The notes below the pieces were generated by a model, which saw only the letters and a program-made list of their open reading frames with translations, was not told the DNA's origin and made no database searches. Position numbers and translations under genes: made by a program. Positions 27,441 to 37,303 of a stretch of DNA of 49,478 nt are shown here, piece by piece. Each line of letters begins with the position of its first letter. Position 1 is the stretch's first letter. The DNA is from an uncultured Verrucomicrobiota bacterium (lineage in GTDB: Bacteria > Verrucomicrobiota > Verrucomicrobiia > Limisphaerales > UBA1100). The DNA is taken from assembly GCA_964448875.1 (NCBI GenBank), contig CAYUXV010000340.1, positions 1-49,478 on the forward strand, in the 5' to 3' direction.

Positions 27441-28469
27441 ATGATGCTCACCAGACTAAAGGGCCTGTTCTCAAACGATATAGGCATCGATCTCGGGACC
27501 GCCAACACGTTGGTTTTCCAGAAAGACCGCGGCATTGTGCTGCGCGAACCTTCAGTGGTTGCCGTGCGAACCGGCACAAAGGATGTTATCAGGGATGGCG
27601 TCGGACTGGAAGCCAAGAGAATGATCGGAGTCACGCCGAGAAATATTACCGCTGTTCGGCCAATGAAGGATGGAGTCATTGCTGATTTTGAGATCACTGA
27701 AGCGATGCTGCGCTACTTTATCCAGAAAGTTCACCACCGTAAAATCGTTGCGCCACGTGTGGTCGTCGCCGTCCCTTCAGGTATCAACGAGGTCGAGCGC
27801 CGAGCGGTAAAGGACTCCGTCACCCATGCCGGCGCACGGGAAGTACATCTGATTGAGCAACCCATGGCCGCCGCTATAGGCGCGGGACTACCAGTAGAGG
27901 AGCCTGCTGCCAACATGATCGTTGACATCGGCGGCGGCACAAGCGAAATCGCGATTATCTCCCTCGCAGGCATTGTCGAAAGCATCAGCCTGCGCTGCGG
28001 CGGAGATCAATTTGATGACACCATTACTAATCACTTGAAACGAAAGCACAATTTAAACATTGGTTTACGAACAGCTGAAGAAATCAAATTACGCATTGGT
28101 TCTGCTTATCCGCTGGATGAAGAAATGTCCATGGAGGTAAAAGGACGTGATGTTGCTAGAGGACTGCCTAACACTCTAACGATTGGCTCAGAGGAAATTC
28201 GGGAAACGTTACAAAAACCGCTCTCTAGTATCCTTGAGTCTATCAGGAGCTGTTTAGAGCAATGTCCAGCAGAATTGTCTGGCGATCTAGTTGATCGTGG
28301 CATTGTAATGGCTGGAGGAGGCGCGTTATTGCGCGGAATCGACCGACTAGTCTCGAAGGAAACCGGATTGCCCGTGACCATCGCTGACGAACCGCTGATC
28401 GCAGTAGCTGAAGGCACAGGTCGCACACTACAGAGCATCGACATTTTGTATAGAGTAGCCAGTCATTGA
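27441..28469 (+). CDS. mreB: rod shape-determining actin homologue MreB
   Basis: MMLTRLKGLFSNDIGIDLGTANTLVF.., ..IVDIGGGTSEIAIISL... I prefer ATG 27441 or 27444 over the TTG at 27414. Confidence 0.95.
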   Translation: MMLTRLKGLFSNDIGIDLGTANTLVFQKDRGIVLREPSVVAVRTGTKDVIRDGVGLEAKRMIGVTPRNITAVRPMKDGVIADFEITEAMLRYFIQKVHHRKIVAPRVVVAVPSGINEVERRAVKDSVTHAGAREVHLIEQPMAAAIGAGLPVEEPAANMIVDIGGGTSEIAIISLAGIVESISLRCGGDQFDDTITNHLKRKHNLNIGLRTAEEIKLRIGSAYPLDEEMSMEVKGRDVARGLPNTLTIGSEEIRETLQKPLSSILESIRSCLEQCPAELSGDLVDRGIVMAGGGALLRGIDRLVSKETGLPVTIADEPLIAVAEGTGRTLQSIDILYRVASH

Positions 28470-28485
28470 ATCTGATTTCCCCGGC

Positions 28486-29322
28486 GTGTTCGTTCTTTTA
28501 AGGAGAATGCGTACACGATCATACCAGATTTCGTTTGGCATCATCATTGTCCTTACGGTGATGTTGCTAAGCCTCCCTTCGCGAACTGCGGCACGAGTAA
28601 AAACTGTCGCTGGCCATTTCTTTCTACCGCTTTTCGGCATTAAAAAGGGTTTTGAGTACACGAGTGGCATGATTGTTGATGCCGGACTGCCTCGGTCAGC
28701 TCTACTACATGAAATATCGATGCTACACCGAACAAACGATGTGCTTACCATGCAACTGCAACAAGCACGTGGATCAGCGATGGAGAACGTGCGGCTACGA
28801 GGACAATTGGAGCTCCGCAGCCGCCCTGCTGCCCAAATGCAACTGGCACGTGTAGTCGGCCGAGACCCTGCAAACTGGTGGCGCACCATTCAAATTGATA
28901 TGGGAGCGGAGTCCGGCGTTCAGGTCGATCAACCTGTCTGGGTGAGAGACGGACTCGTTGGTCGCGTGCAACACGTGGGACCTAAGCATGCACAGATTAC
29001 ATTACTCGGCGATCCATCATGTCGAGTATCGGTCAAAGTAAAGGAAACTGGCGAAACCGCAATACTTGCTGCAGGACCTTTTACAACGTTTGATCCAAGC
29101 CAAGTGAGTTTGATTTTCCTTCCAGCCGATACAGCCGCTGTCCCTGGGCATCAGATAGTCACCAGTGGTTTAAGTGATACTTTTCCTCCGGATATCCCGG
29201 TAGGTACAATTGTAGAAGTTGAGAAATCCCACGGGTCTGTGCAAACAACCGCACGTGTAAAACTGGCCGTGGGTTCATCAAAATTATCCGAAGTATGGAT
29301 AGTAATGACAAATCGGCCATGA
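28486..29322 (+). CDS. mreC: rod shape-determining protein MreC
   Basis: Position after mreB; an N-terminal TM helix, a coiled-coil stretch (LHRTNDVLTMQLQQARGSAMENVRLRGQLE), then a beta-rich domain (..VDQPVWVRDGLVGRVQHV..). The start is either GTG 28486 or ATG 28507. Confidence 0.85.
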   Translation: MFVLLRRMRTRSYQISFGIIIVLTVMLLSLPSRTAARVKTVAGHFFLPLFGIKKGFEYTSGMIVDAGLPRSALLHEISMLHRTNDVLTMQLQQARGSAMENVRLRGQLELRSRPAAQMQLARVVGRDPANWWRTIQIDMGAESGVQVDQPVWVRDGLVGRVQHVGPKHAQITLLGDPSCRVSVKVKETGETAILAAGPFTTFDPSQVSLIFLPADTAAVPGHQIVTSGLSDTFPPDIPVGTIVEVEKSHGSVQTTARVKLAVGSSKLSEVWIVMTNRP

Positions 29323-29870
29323 GAGGAACCCACACGATACTCATTTTATCTGTAGCGTTGGTGGCGGTGTTTTTTCAAACGACATGCACCCTTTTTCGAG
29401 ACTCTTTTGGCGCACAGATAGACCCCTTGCCCGCATTGATGGTTTACACTGCAATGTTTGCCAACATCGGTGCAATGACAATGCTAGCCAGCTTCGGCTC
29501 GCTTTGGCAAAGCGCGATGTCAGCTGATCCACCTGGCATCGCAATGTTGCCGTTGTTCCTCATAGGGGCTCTCGTTGAATTTAACAGACAATACATCGCG
29601 CGGCAAAAATGGTTCGCACGTTTTATCATTGGCACAGCGGCAAGTGCCATTGCCCCATTGATGACAGTTTTCACCCTGCTGAGCATGGGCTTCCAGCCAC
29701 TTATCAGCTGGCTATCACTGTGGCAACTGCTGATAACAGCAGTCGGTGGCGGACTAATCACATTGGCTGTGTTCCAGCTAATGAGGTGGCTTAGAAATGT
29801 GTTTGTAGAGTCAGAGCAAAATTCTGGCTACCAATTTGAGGGTGAAACAGCTGGAAATGAGGAATGGTAA
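29319..29870 (+). CDS. mreD: rod shape-determining protein MreD (by position; polytopic membrane protein)
   Basis: Hydrophobic protein of about 183 aa lying between mreC and mrdA. There is an ATGA overlap with the mreC stop, and the mreD stop overlaps the mrdA ATG. Sequence conservation in MreD is too low to confirm by motif. Confidence 0.65.
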   Translation: MRGTHTILILSVALVAVFFQTTCTLFRDSFGAQIDPLPALMVYTAMFANIGAMTMLASFGSLWQSAMSADPPGIAMLPLFLIGALVEFNRQYIARQKWFARFIIGTAASAIAPLMTVFTLLSMGFQPLISWLSLWQLLITAVGGGLITLAVFQLMRWLRNVFVESEQNSGYQFEGETAGNEEW

Positions 29871-31771
29871 CAGCTAAACAGATTACCCGAAAGGACTATC
29901 GGCTTATGGTTGTATCCGGTGTCATATTCGCTGGCATGGTCGTACTGATGGGGGGGCTCTGGTATGTTCAAATCATATCATCGCGCCAATATTTAAAAAG
30001 CCAGAAAAACCAATCACTGAGAACGGTACGAATACCATCAGTGCGCGGAAAAATTCTGGATCGCCATGGCTCTGTACTGGCGGAAGATCGACCCGCATTT
30101 AATATCAGCGCATACCTTGAAGAGCTGCGACCACATTTCCGCACGGCTTGGAGAAAGGCAAAACCTGAGAACAAGCTAAACAAAGATAAATCCAAGAGAT
30201 TGGAAATGCTCGTGCGTCACCAGGTCGTAAGCAGATTTGTCAGCCAAATCAATCTCAAGACTCCGTTCATGGTGACACCTGAGGAACTGCAGCATCATTT
30301 CCTAAATTTACGCGCCCTGCCTATGCCTATTTTGAAGAACCTAGACTCCAGTGGCGTGGCAAAATTTATGGAAAAGAGCGATCAAATCCCAGGACTTGAA
30401 GTTGAAGCGTATCCGACCCGCCAATATGCTTCAGTTTCAATTGCCCATTTGGTTGGCCATGTACGCCGCGATGTTCGAGAGGATGAAGAACCAACAGGTT
30501 ATAATTATCGATTGCCTGATTACATTGGAAAAATTGGTCTGGAGGATACTTACGATGATCTTCTGCGGGGCAAACCTGGCACACGCTCAATGCTTGTTAA
30601 CAACTTGGGTTACCGGCAGTCTGCCGATATGATTGTTCCCCAACAAGCAGGCAATCATGTACGGTTGACCATTGACCTAAAAATACAGGAATCTGCTTTC
30701 AAAGCATTAAGGGACTCCGGCTACAAGGCCGGCGCCGCGATCGTCATGGATCCTACAAACGGCGATCTAATTGCGATGGCTTCTATGCCAATTTTCAACC
30801 CTAATGACTTCGTCCCTAGCATTTCCCAAGCCAATTGGCAGGCGTATCTCGGGGCAAAACCAAGCCCTCTCCTTTATCGGTGTACTCAAGAACGCTATCC
30901 CCCGGGATCCATTTTTAAAATTATTTCCGGATTGGCTGCTCTTGAATCAGGGGTGGTCAAAACCAACGACCTCCTGTACTGTCCGGGATATTACGAGTTG
31001 GGACGCCGAAAGCGCCGTATTAAAGATACTGCTGCACCCGGCGAATACGACTTTACTAAAGCATTTAAAAAATCAAGTAACACATTTTTTATTCATTATG
31101 GACTCGAAAGCGGTATTAAGAAGATTGTTGAAATGGGAAACCAATTTTTCCTCGGTCAGCGAACCGGCCTTCTCCCTCGGCAAGAAGTTGCTGGCCAGTT
31201 TCCAACCCTTGGGGATGTGCAAGATGGCTGGTATGACGGCGATACCGCTAACTTGGCTATTGGGCAAGGGCGCATCTCGGTAACCCCTCTGCAAATGGCG
31301 CTGATGACATCCGCCGTTGCGAACGGTGGGGTGATTTATTGGCCGCGGATAGTAAGCCGCATTGAACCAGTTGATCCAGATGCCAGCCGTGAAATGACAA
31401 TATTTCCAAAGGGCAAGGTACGCGGACGCCTGCGTGTTCAAAAGAAACACTTGGAAGCCGTGCAACACGCTATGTGGGCTGACGTGCAGGAGGAGGGAGG
31501 CACTGGTCGCGAAGCAGCCATCAATGGATTTGAACTTGGAGGCAAAACTGGCACAGCTGAGATTAAGTCTCGCGGCAAGCGAGACAAGATAACCTGGTTT
31601 GTATCTTACGGCCCCACCATCAACCCGCGTTACGTGGTGGTAGTCATGATCGAAAGCGGCCAGTCTGGGGGCAAAACTTGCGCTCCCATTGCGAAAAAAA
31701 TTTACGAATCACTGCTAGCCCGTGAAGCCCAAATGGCCGGACACCAAACCGGCTCGTTTGCGAACAACTAA
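29864..31771 (+). CDS. mrdA: penicillin-binding protein 2 (elongasome transpeptidase)
   Basis: N-terminal TM anchor; SxxK (PGSIFK), SxN (KSSNTF), KTG (GKTGTAE); located between mreD and rodA. Confidence 0.92.
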   Translation: MVTAKQITRKDYRLMVVSGVIFAGMVVLMGGLWYVQIISSRQYLKSQKNQSLRTVRIPSVRGKILDRHGSVLAEDRPAFNISAYLEELRPHFRTAWRKAKPENKLNKDKSKRLEMLVRHQVVSRFVSQINLKTPFMVTPEELQHHFLNLRALPMPILKNLDSSGVAKFMEKSDQIPGLEVEAYPTRQYASVSIAHLVGHVRRDVREDEEPTGYNYRLPDYIGKIGLEDTYDDLLRGKPGTRSMLVNNLGYRQSADMIVPQQAGNHVRLTIDLKIQESAFKALRDSGYKAGAAIVMDPTNGDLIAMASMPIFNPNDFVPSISQANWQAYLGAKPSPLLYRCTQERYPPGSIFKIISGLAALESGVVKTNDLLYCPGYYELGRRKRRIKDTAAPGEYDFTKAFKKSSNTFFIHYGLESGIKKIVEMGNQFFLGQRTGLLPRQEVAGQFPTLGDVQDGWYDGDTANLAIGQGRISVTPLQMALMTSAVANGGVIYWPRIVSRIEPVDPDASREMTIFPKGKVRGRLRVQKKHLEAVQHAMWADVQEEGGTGREAAINGFELGGKTGTAEIKSRGKRDKITWFVSYGPTINPRYVVVVMIESGQSGGKTCAPIAKKIYESLLAREAQMAGHQTGSFANN

Positions 31772-31772
31772 A

Positions 31773-32996
31773 ATGCAGGCGGAATCCCCCCAACCCACCA
31801 GCCAGCGCCTCGACAAGCTTTTACTGTTGGCTCTTGGAGGACTTATGCTCTTTGGCATTGCCTTCGTGCTTAGTGCCACAAAATCTAACGAACTTTATAC
31901 AAATGCCAATCTGTTTGGGCAGCCTGTTTTTAAACAAGCTGTTTTTTATACGATTGGCCTTAGTGCCGCCGCATTACTCTGCTTACGCGATTACCATTCC
32001 ATCGCAAGATATGCATACATTGGATATTGGGCCTGTATTGGAATGTTGATATTGGTGCTAATACCCGGCATAGGCTCGGTTCGCTATGGAGCACGCCGTT
32101 GGTTTGACCTTGGCTTTACGCAGTTTCAACCCTCGGAATTGGCCAAGATTGCATTTTTGCTTGCCATGGCACAATTCTTGAGTCGCCCTCGGGATGAGTT
32201 GCGACAACCAGATGTCTTGATGAAGGGAATTGGACTGGCGGCCATTCCTTTCGTGTTGGTGTTGCTAGAACCGGATCTCGGGTCTGCGCTCATGTTCCTC
32301 CCCGCCGCTCTCGCAATGCTATTTGTTGCAGGGGCACCATCTGGCTTTATTAAACGACTTGTAGCTGGTGTATTGTGCTTTATTTTCCTGGCACTATCTT
32401 ATGTATTTTTCATGCCTCAGGATTGGAAACCGGTCAAATTGCCCGATTATCAGAAACGTCGACTGATGGTTTATTTTGATGTCGATTACACCAAACAATA
32501 CGCAAAACCCAATGCCACACCAGCAGAGTTGCGTCGAGTTAAGGCTATGCAACGTCGTGATTCATATAATGTGGCGCAAGCAATGATCTCAGTCGGATCC
32601 GGCGGTGTTACAGGCAAGGGATGGAACCAGGGCATCCAGAATGCACATGGCTATTTGCCTAGAGGCGTTGCACATAACGATTTTATTTTTTCAGTAATAG
32701 CAGAGGAGAGCGGCTTCGTCGGCAGCGCACTTGTTATCGGCTTATACAGTGTAATTTTGCTCATTGGTATTCGCGTTGCGGGACAAGCTCGTGATCGCCT
32801 TGGCAGGTTACTAGCCGTTGGCGTAGTGGCTCTACTTTTCAGTCATGTGTTCGTAAATATAGGCATGAACATCCGACTGGTACCCGTGACAGGCGTTCCA
32901 TTGCCGATCTTGAGTTATGGCGGCACCTCAATTGTCTGTTCGCTAGTCGCCATCGGATTTTTGCAGAACATTCAATTATATCAAAGATCAGTTTAA
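31773..32996 (+). CDS. rodA: peptidoglycan glycosyltransferase RodA (SEDS family)
   Basis: FtsW/RodA/SpoVE motifs (QPSELAKIAFLL, ..HNDFIFSVIAEE.GF.G, VTGVPLPILSYGGTS). I prefer ATG 31773, right after the mrdA stop, over the overlapping start at 31722. Confidence 0.92.
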   Translation: MQAESPQPTSQRLDKLLLLALGGLMLFGIAFVLSATKSNELYTNANLFGQPVFKQAVFYTIGLSAAALLCLRDYHSIARYAYIGYWACIGMLILVLIPGIGSVRYGARRWFDLGFTQFQPSELAKIAFLLAMAQFLSRPRDELRQPDVLMKGIGLAAIPFVLVLLEPDLGSALMFLPAALAMLFVAGAPSGFIKRLVAGVLCFIFLALSYVFFMPQDWKPVKLPDYQKRRLMVYFDVDYTKQYAKPNATPAELRRVKAMQRRDSYNVAQAMISVGSGGVTGKGWNQGIQNAHGYLPRGVAHNDFIFSVIAEESGFVGSALVIGLYSVILLIGIRVAGQARDRLGRLLAVGVVALLFSHVFVNIGMNIRLVPVTGVPLPILSYGGTSIVCSLVAIGFLQNIQLYQRSV

Positions 32997-33001
32997 TCGT
33001 A

Positions 33002-34924
33002 ATGAGTGATAATAGATTTTCAAAACGACGCAGCGGCAAAGTCCAGAGATTTCGACCCGCCGGCGGCCTTAAAAGACAGCCAAAAAACCTTAAAATAAAA
33101 GGTGATGGACGCGAAGAAATGGTCGGCAGCCGAATGATGGATGAACCCGTCTATGAAAGCAGCCGCCACGAGAAAGATATCTCCACATCAGAAAATAAGG
33201 CTTTCGGAATTAAACCCAAAAAAGAAGTTAAAGACGCAACTGCAAAAAAGGTTAAGGCAACAGTAAAACAAAAACCCAGAAAGCTTGGAGACAAGATCAA
33301 GCAGGCAGCAGCCAAGGTCATAAACAAGGTTAAGAATCTTCTTCAAGGAGAAAAATCCGACAAAATAATTGTCATTAATGCTGAATCACTGGAGACGCGC
33401 GTTGCAGTCATAGAAAAAGGGAAACTCGAAGAATTCAACATCGAAAGAAAAAATCAGGAACGAATCGTTGCCAGCATATACAAGGGTAAAGTACGCAATC
33501 TAGAAGACAAACTAGCCGCAGCCTTTGTTGACATTGGCATAGAGAAGAACGCCTTTCTTCACTACTGGGATATAGTCCCGGGCAGCCTTGATAATCAATA
33601 TGAGGTAGTTGAGCGGAAACGAAAAAGCAAAAATCGCTCTACATCTCGAATTTACCGAAAAGACATACCAAAAAAATATCCGGTAGGCAGTGACATCGTT
33701 GTTCAGGTTACTAAAGGACCCATTGGCACAAAGGGGCCACGTGTTACTACCCACTTGGCCATTCCTGGCCGATTTCTTGTGTTATTGCCCAACACAGAAC
33801 AATGCGGAATTTCAAAAAAAATTCAAGACCCTCAAGAGCGCGCGCGACTACGTGATATAATACGAAGCTTAGATCTTCCTGATAATATAGGAGTAATAGT
33901 CCGGACAGCCGGCGAAGGACAAAGAAAAGCATACTTCATTCGCGACCTTGCTATTTTGATGGAGGAGTGGAAGCAGCTACACAAAAAAATAGAATCTGAA
34001 AATTCGCCCGTGTGTGTATTCCGTGAGCCGGATCTTATAGAACGAACAGTTCGCGATTTTCTCACTGACGATGTGGGGGAGATCATCGTTGACGATGCCA
34101 ATGAATTTGACCGTGTTAAACAAGGAGTCGGAAACGTCTCCAGACGATCAACTTCGAAGGTGAAGCAATACAAAGAAGCGCGGTCTGTCTTTGACCACTA
34201 CAATGTAACCCGACAAATCGAGAACACTTTTTCAAGGAAAGTATTTCTAAAGAGCGGGGGATGTATCATCATTGATGAAACGGAAGCTCTTGTTGCTATT
34301 GATGTGAATACGGGCGGCCACAAGGGCGGGAAAGATCAGGAATCAACAATCCTTAAGGTCAACCTCGAATCCGCTGAAGAAATCTGCCGCCAACTCCGTC
34401 TGCGAAATATTGGAGGCCTTATTGTATTAGATTTTATAGACATGCGTGCTGCTGGTGATAGGAATGAAGTGTTTAAAAGAATGAGAAATTGCCTCAAGCG
34501 TGACAGAGCCAGGACGCATATACTGCCAATATCACAGCTTGGCCTTATGGAGATGACTCGCCAGCGCCATTCGGAAAGTGTCCAATCTACGGTTTATGAT
34601 GACTGTACAAATTGCTCAGGAAGAGGCCGCATTAAAAGCACTTTAACAATGAGTGTTGAGATTCAGCGCAAGCTCGATGAAATCCTTAAAAAACGCAAGC
34701 CAGATGAGGACATGAATTTTGAATTACGAATTGTAGTTAACCCCATTGTTTTGGACCGATTGCGGAAGGAAGATGAGGATTTATTAATTAACATGGAGAA
34801 AAAGTATCTAGCAAAATTGTCCTTTCGGGAAGAGCCTAAACTACATGCTGAACAATTCAAAATTTTTAACGGACTGAACAACCAGGAACTGGTTAGCGTA
34901 GGTGAACGGGAAAATGGCGACTGA
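33002..34924 (+). CDS. rng: ribonuclease E/G family endoribonuclease (RNase G-like) with a basic N-terminal extension
   Basis: S1 domain (IYKGKVRNLEDKLAAAFVDIG), the DNase I-like and catalytic region (ALVAIDVNTGG), and a Zn-link-like CxxC (CTNCSGRG). A Lys/Arg-rich extension of about 120 aa precedes the S1 domain. Its position after the mre/rodA genes parallels mreBCD-(maf)-rng in E. coli. Confidence 0.88.
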   Translation: MSDNRFSKRRSGKVQRFRPAGGLKRQPKNLKIKGDGREEMVGSRMMDEPVYESSRHEKDISTSENKAFGIKPKKEVKDATAKKVKATVKQKPRKLGDKIKQAAAKVINKVKNLLQGEKSDKIIVINAESLETRVAVIEKGKLEEFNIERKNQERIVASIYKGKVRNLEDKLAAAFVDIGIEKNAFLHYWDIVPGSLDNQYEVVERKRKSKNRSTSRIYRKDIPKKYPVGSDIVVQVTKGPIGTKGPRVTTHLAIPGRFLVLLPNTEQCGISKKIQDPQERARLRDIIRSLDLPDNIGVIVRTAGEGQRKAYFIRDLAILMEEWKQLHKKIESENSPVCVFREPDLIERTVRDFLTDDVGEIIVDDANEFDRVKQGVGNVSRRSTSKVKQYKEARSVFDHYNVTRQIENTFSRKVFLKSGGCIIIDETEALVAIDVNTGGHKGGKDQESTILKVNLESAEEICRQLRLRNIGGLIVLDFIDMRAAGDRNEVFKRMRNCLKRDRARTHILPISQLGLMEMTRQRHSESVQSTVYDDCTNCSGRGRIKSTLTMSVEIQRKLDEILKKRKPDEDMNFELRIVVNPIVLDRLRKEDEDLLINMEKKYLAKLSFREEPKLHAEQFKIFNGLNNQELVSVGERENGD

Positions 34925-34978
34925 GCGGGGTTGCCAAAATCTGCCGTTCCGGTTTTCATTGTAGTTATTCAGATTGGC

Positions 34979-37303
34979 ATGAAAAAATACATCCTTCCCC
35001 TGCTCTGCTCAGTGGCGACTGTCATCTCAGCAGACCATCTCCCTGACACCAAACCACTGAAGTTAAAAGGCGACCTTCAGAATCGCGGAGAAATTCTTTC
35101 CGCTCAAATGGTCGCCGGCATAGACAAGTACTTTGAGCGCAAAATCAAACAATCCATCGATTCGCGCAGGAAATTTTGGAACTACGACCACAGTAAGGCT
35201 ATTACATTCAAACAAAGTACCGCAAAAAATCGTGAACGATTTAGGTTCATCATTGGCGCAACGGATGATCGCCTCCCTATAAAATCACTTCAATTATTGA
35301 GCACAACTTCCGGGAGTTCACAGATTTATGATGATCAGAAAATCACAATACACTCAGTTCGCTGGCCTGTTTTCAAAAATGTAAACGGCGCAGGTTTGCT
35401 TTTAATCCCAAAGGTTAACCCCAAGGCTCGTGTTATAGCCATACCTGATGCCGACCAAACACCTGAACAAATAGCCGGTCTCTCAGAAGGAATCCCCGCA
35501 AAGGCGCAATTCGCCCGAAGGCTGGCTGAAGCAGGTTGTGTTGTGGTGATTCCTGGACTAATCGATCGAAGAAATCAATGGTCAGGCGATAATCGTGTTG
35601 CCCTCACCAATCAGACTCATCGCGAATGGATTTACAGGCAGGCTTTTCAAATGGGGAGACATATCATCGGTTATGAGGTTCAGAAAATATTATCTGTAGT
35701 AGATTGGTTCGACTATGAAAACGGTTTAAATATCGGGTCTAATCTGCCAATTGGTGTTGCGGGTTATGGTGAGGGAGGTCTAATTTCACTATATGCGGGA
35801 GCATTGGATTCACGCATAAATTCAGTACTCACCAGTGGATATTTCAACAATCGCCAACGCATCTGGGCTGAGCCGATATATCGTAATGTATTTGGCTTGC
35901 TCGAGCAGTTTGGTGACGCAGAGATCGCAAGCTTAATCGGAACAAGGGCGCTGGTTGTTGAACATGCTCCGATTATCAATATCTCTGGGCCACCTAAGCC
36001 AGAACCAGGTCGACGCGCCGGCGCTGCCCCAGGAATAATTATCACACCTAATTTTAAATCAGTCGCCAAAGAATTTCGGCGCGCAAAAACATTAGCCGGC
36101 CGTTATGCTGATACGTGGAAGATAGTTAAAAGCGACATGTTTGGAAATGACGACGCGTTAGAGCATTTCCTCAAGGGAATGGGTGTCCTAAAACCCGTCG
36201 CAGCGGAGAGACCAATTACACCACGACAACCCCAAGTCGATAATGATGCAAGACAAAAGCGACAAGTACAAGAACTGGTCGATCACACTCAATTATTGCT
36301 GCGCTTTTCAGAATACAAACGTTCTGACAAATTTTGGAAAAAGTTGCCTCCCGGAGAATACACTAAATGGGCCAAACAGTGTGACCCCTATCGTCATCAA
36401 ATGCAGGATGAGGTAATCGGTAAATTACCAACTCCCAACATGCCCATCAACCCACGGTCGAAAAAGATTCTCGAAACAAAAAAGTGGACCGCTTTTGATA
36501 TAGTGCTGGATACTTGGGAGGATGTATACGCATGGGGCATCATACTTTTACCCAAAGACATCAAGGCTGGAGAAAAACGGCCAGTGGTTGTTTGCCAGCA
36601 CGGTCTTGAAGGGTTACCAATGGATACAATCACAAAGGATCCAAAAACCCGGGCGTTTCAGGCCTATAGCAGCTTCTCAGCCGAACTAGCCGATCGCGGT
36701 TTCGTGGTTTTTGCTCCACACAACCCTTATCGTGGCCGCGATCTCTTTCGTGTCTTACAGCGAAAGGCCAACCCCCTTGGAAAATCTCTCTTCTCAGTAA
36801 TCGTCGGCCAGCATGAACGCATCATCGACTGGCTTGAAACCTTGCCATATGTTGACAAAAATCGGATTGGTTTTTATGGACTCTCATATGGTGGTAAGAC
36901 TGCAATGCGCGTGCCGGCTTTGATCCCTCGTTATTGTCTTTCAATTTGTTCAGCAGATTTTAACGAGTGGATTAAAAAGAATACAACAGTCGATACACGA
37001 TACAGTTACATGTTCACAGGTGAATATGAAATGTTTGAGTATAATCTTGGAAACACGTTCAACTACGCTGAAATGGGTGCATTAATTGCGCCACGACCAT
37101 TTATGGTTGAGCGCGGACACAGGGACGGAGTAGCACCTGATGAATGGGTGGCATATGAATATGCAAAAATACGGCGTCTCTACGGCTTCCTAGGCATTCC
37201 CGAACGAACAGAAATAGAGTTCTTTAATGGCCCTCACAAAATAAATGGTGTTGCAACATATAAGTTTTTACACCGCCATCTTAACTGGCCATTAAATAAA
37301 TAA
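34979..37303 (+). CDS. secreted protein with two alpha/beta-hydrolase-like halves (S9/DLH-like; only the C-terminal half keeps GxSxG)
   Basis: Signal peptide MKKYILPLLCSVATVISA from ATG 34979. The C-terminal half has RIGFYGLSYGGKTAM (GxSxG, S9-like GxSYGG). The equivalent elbow in the N-terminal half reads IGVAGYGEGGLISLYAG, with Gly where the Ser is expected. Confidence 0.6.
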   Translation: MKKYILPLLCSVATVISADHLPDTKPLKLKGDLQNRGEILSAQMVAGIDKYFERKIKQSIDSRRKFWNYDHSKAITFKQSTAKNRERFRFIIGATDDRLPIKSLQLLSTTSGSSQIYDDQKITIHSVRWPVFKNVNGAGLLLIPKVNPKARVIAIPDADQTPEQIAGLSEGIPAKAQFARRLAEAGCVVVIPGLIDRRNQWSGDNRVALTNQTHREWIYRQAFQMGRHIIGYEVQKILSVVDWFDYENGLNIGSNLPIGVAGYGEGGLISLYAGALDSRINSVLTSGYFNNRQRIWAEPIYRNVFGLLEQFGDAEIASLIGTRALVVEHAPIINISGPPKPEPGRRAGAAPGIIITPNFKSVAKEFRRAKTLAGRYADTWKIVKSDMFGNDDALEHFLKGMGVLKPVAAERPITPRQPQVDNDARQKRQVQELVDHTQLLLRFSEYKRSDKFWKKLPPGEYTKWAKQCDPYRHQMQDEVIGKLPTPNMPINPRSKKILETKKWTAFDIVLDTWEDVYAWGIILLPKDIKAGEKRPVVVCQHGLEGLPMDTITKDPKTRAFQAYSSFSAELADRGFVVFAPHNPYRGRDLFRVLQRKANPLGKSLFSVIVGQHERIIDWLETLPYVDKNRIGFYGLSYGGKTAMRVPALIPRYCLSICSADFNEWIKKNTTVDTRYSYMFTGEYEMFEYNLGNTFNYAEMGALIAPRPFMVERGHRDGVAPDEWVAYEYAKIRRLYGFLGIPERTEIEFFNGPHKINGVATYKFLHRHLNWPLNK

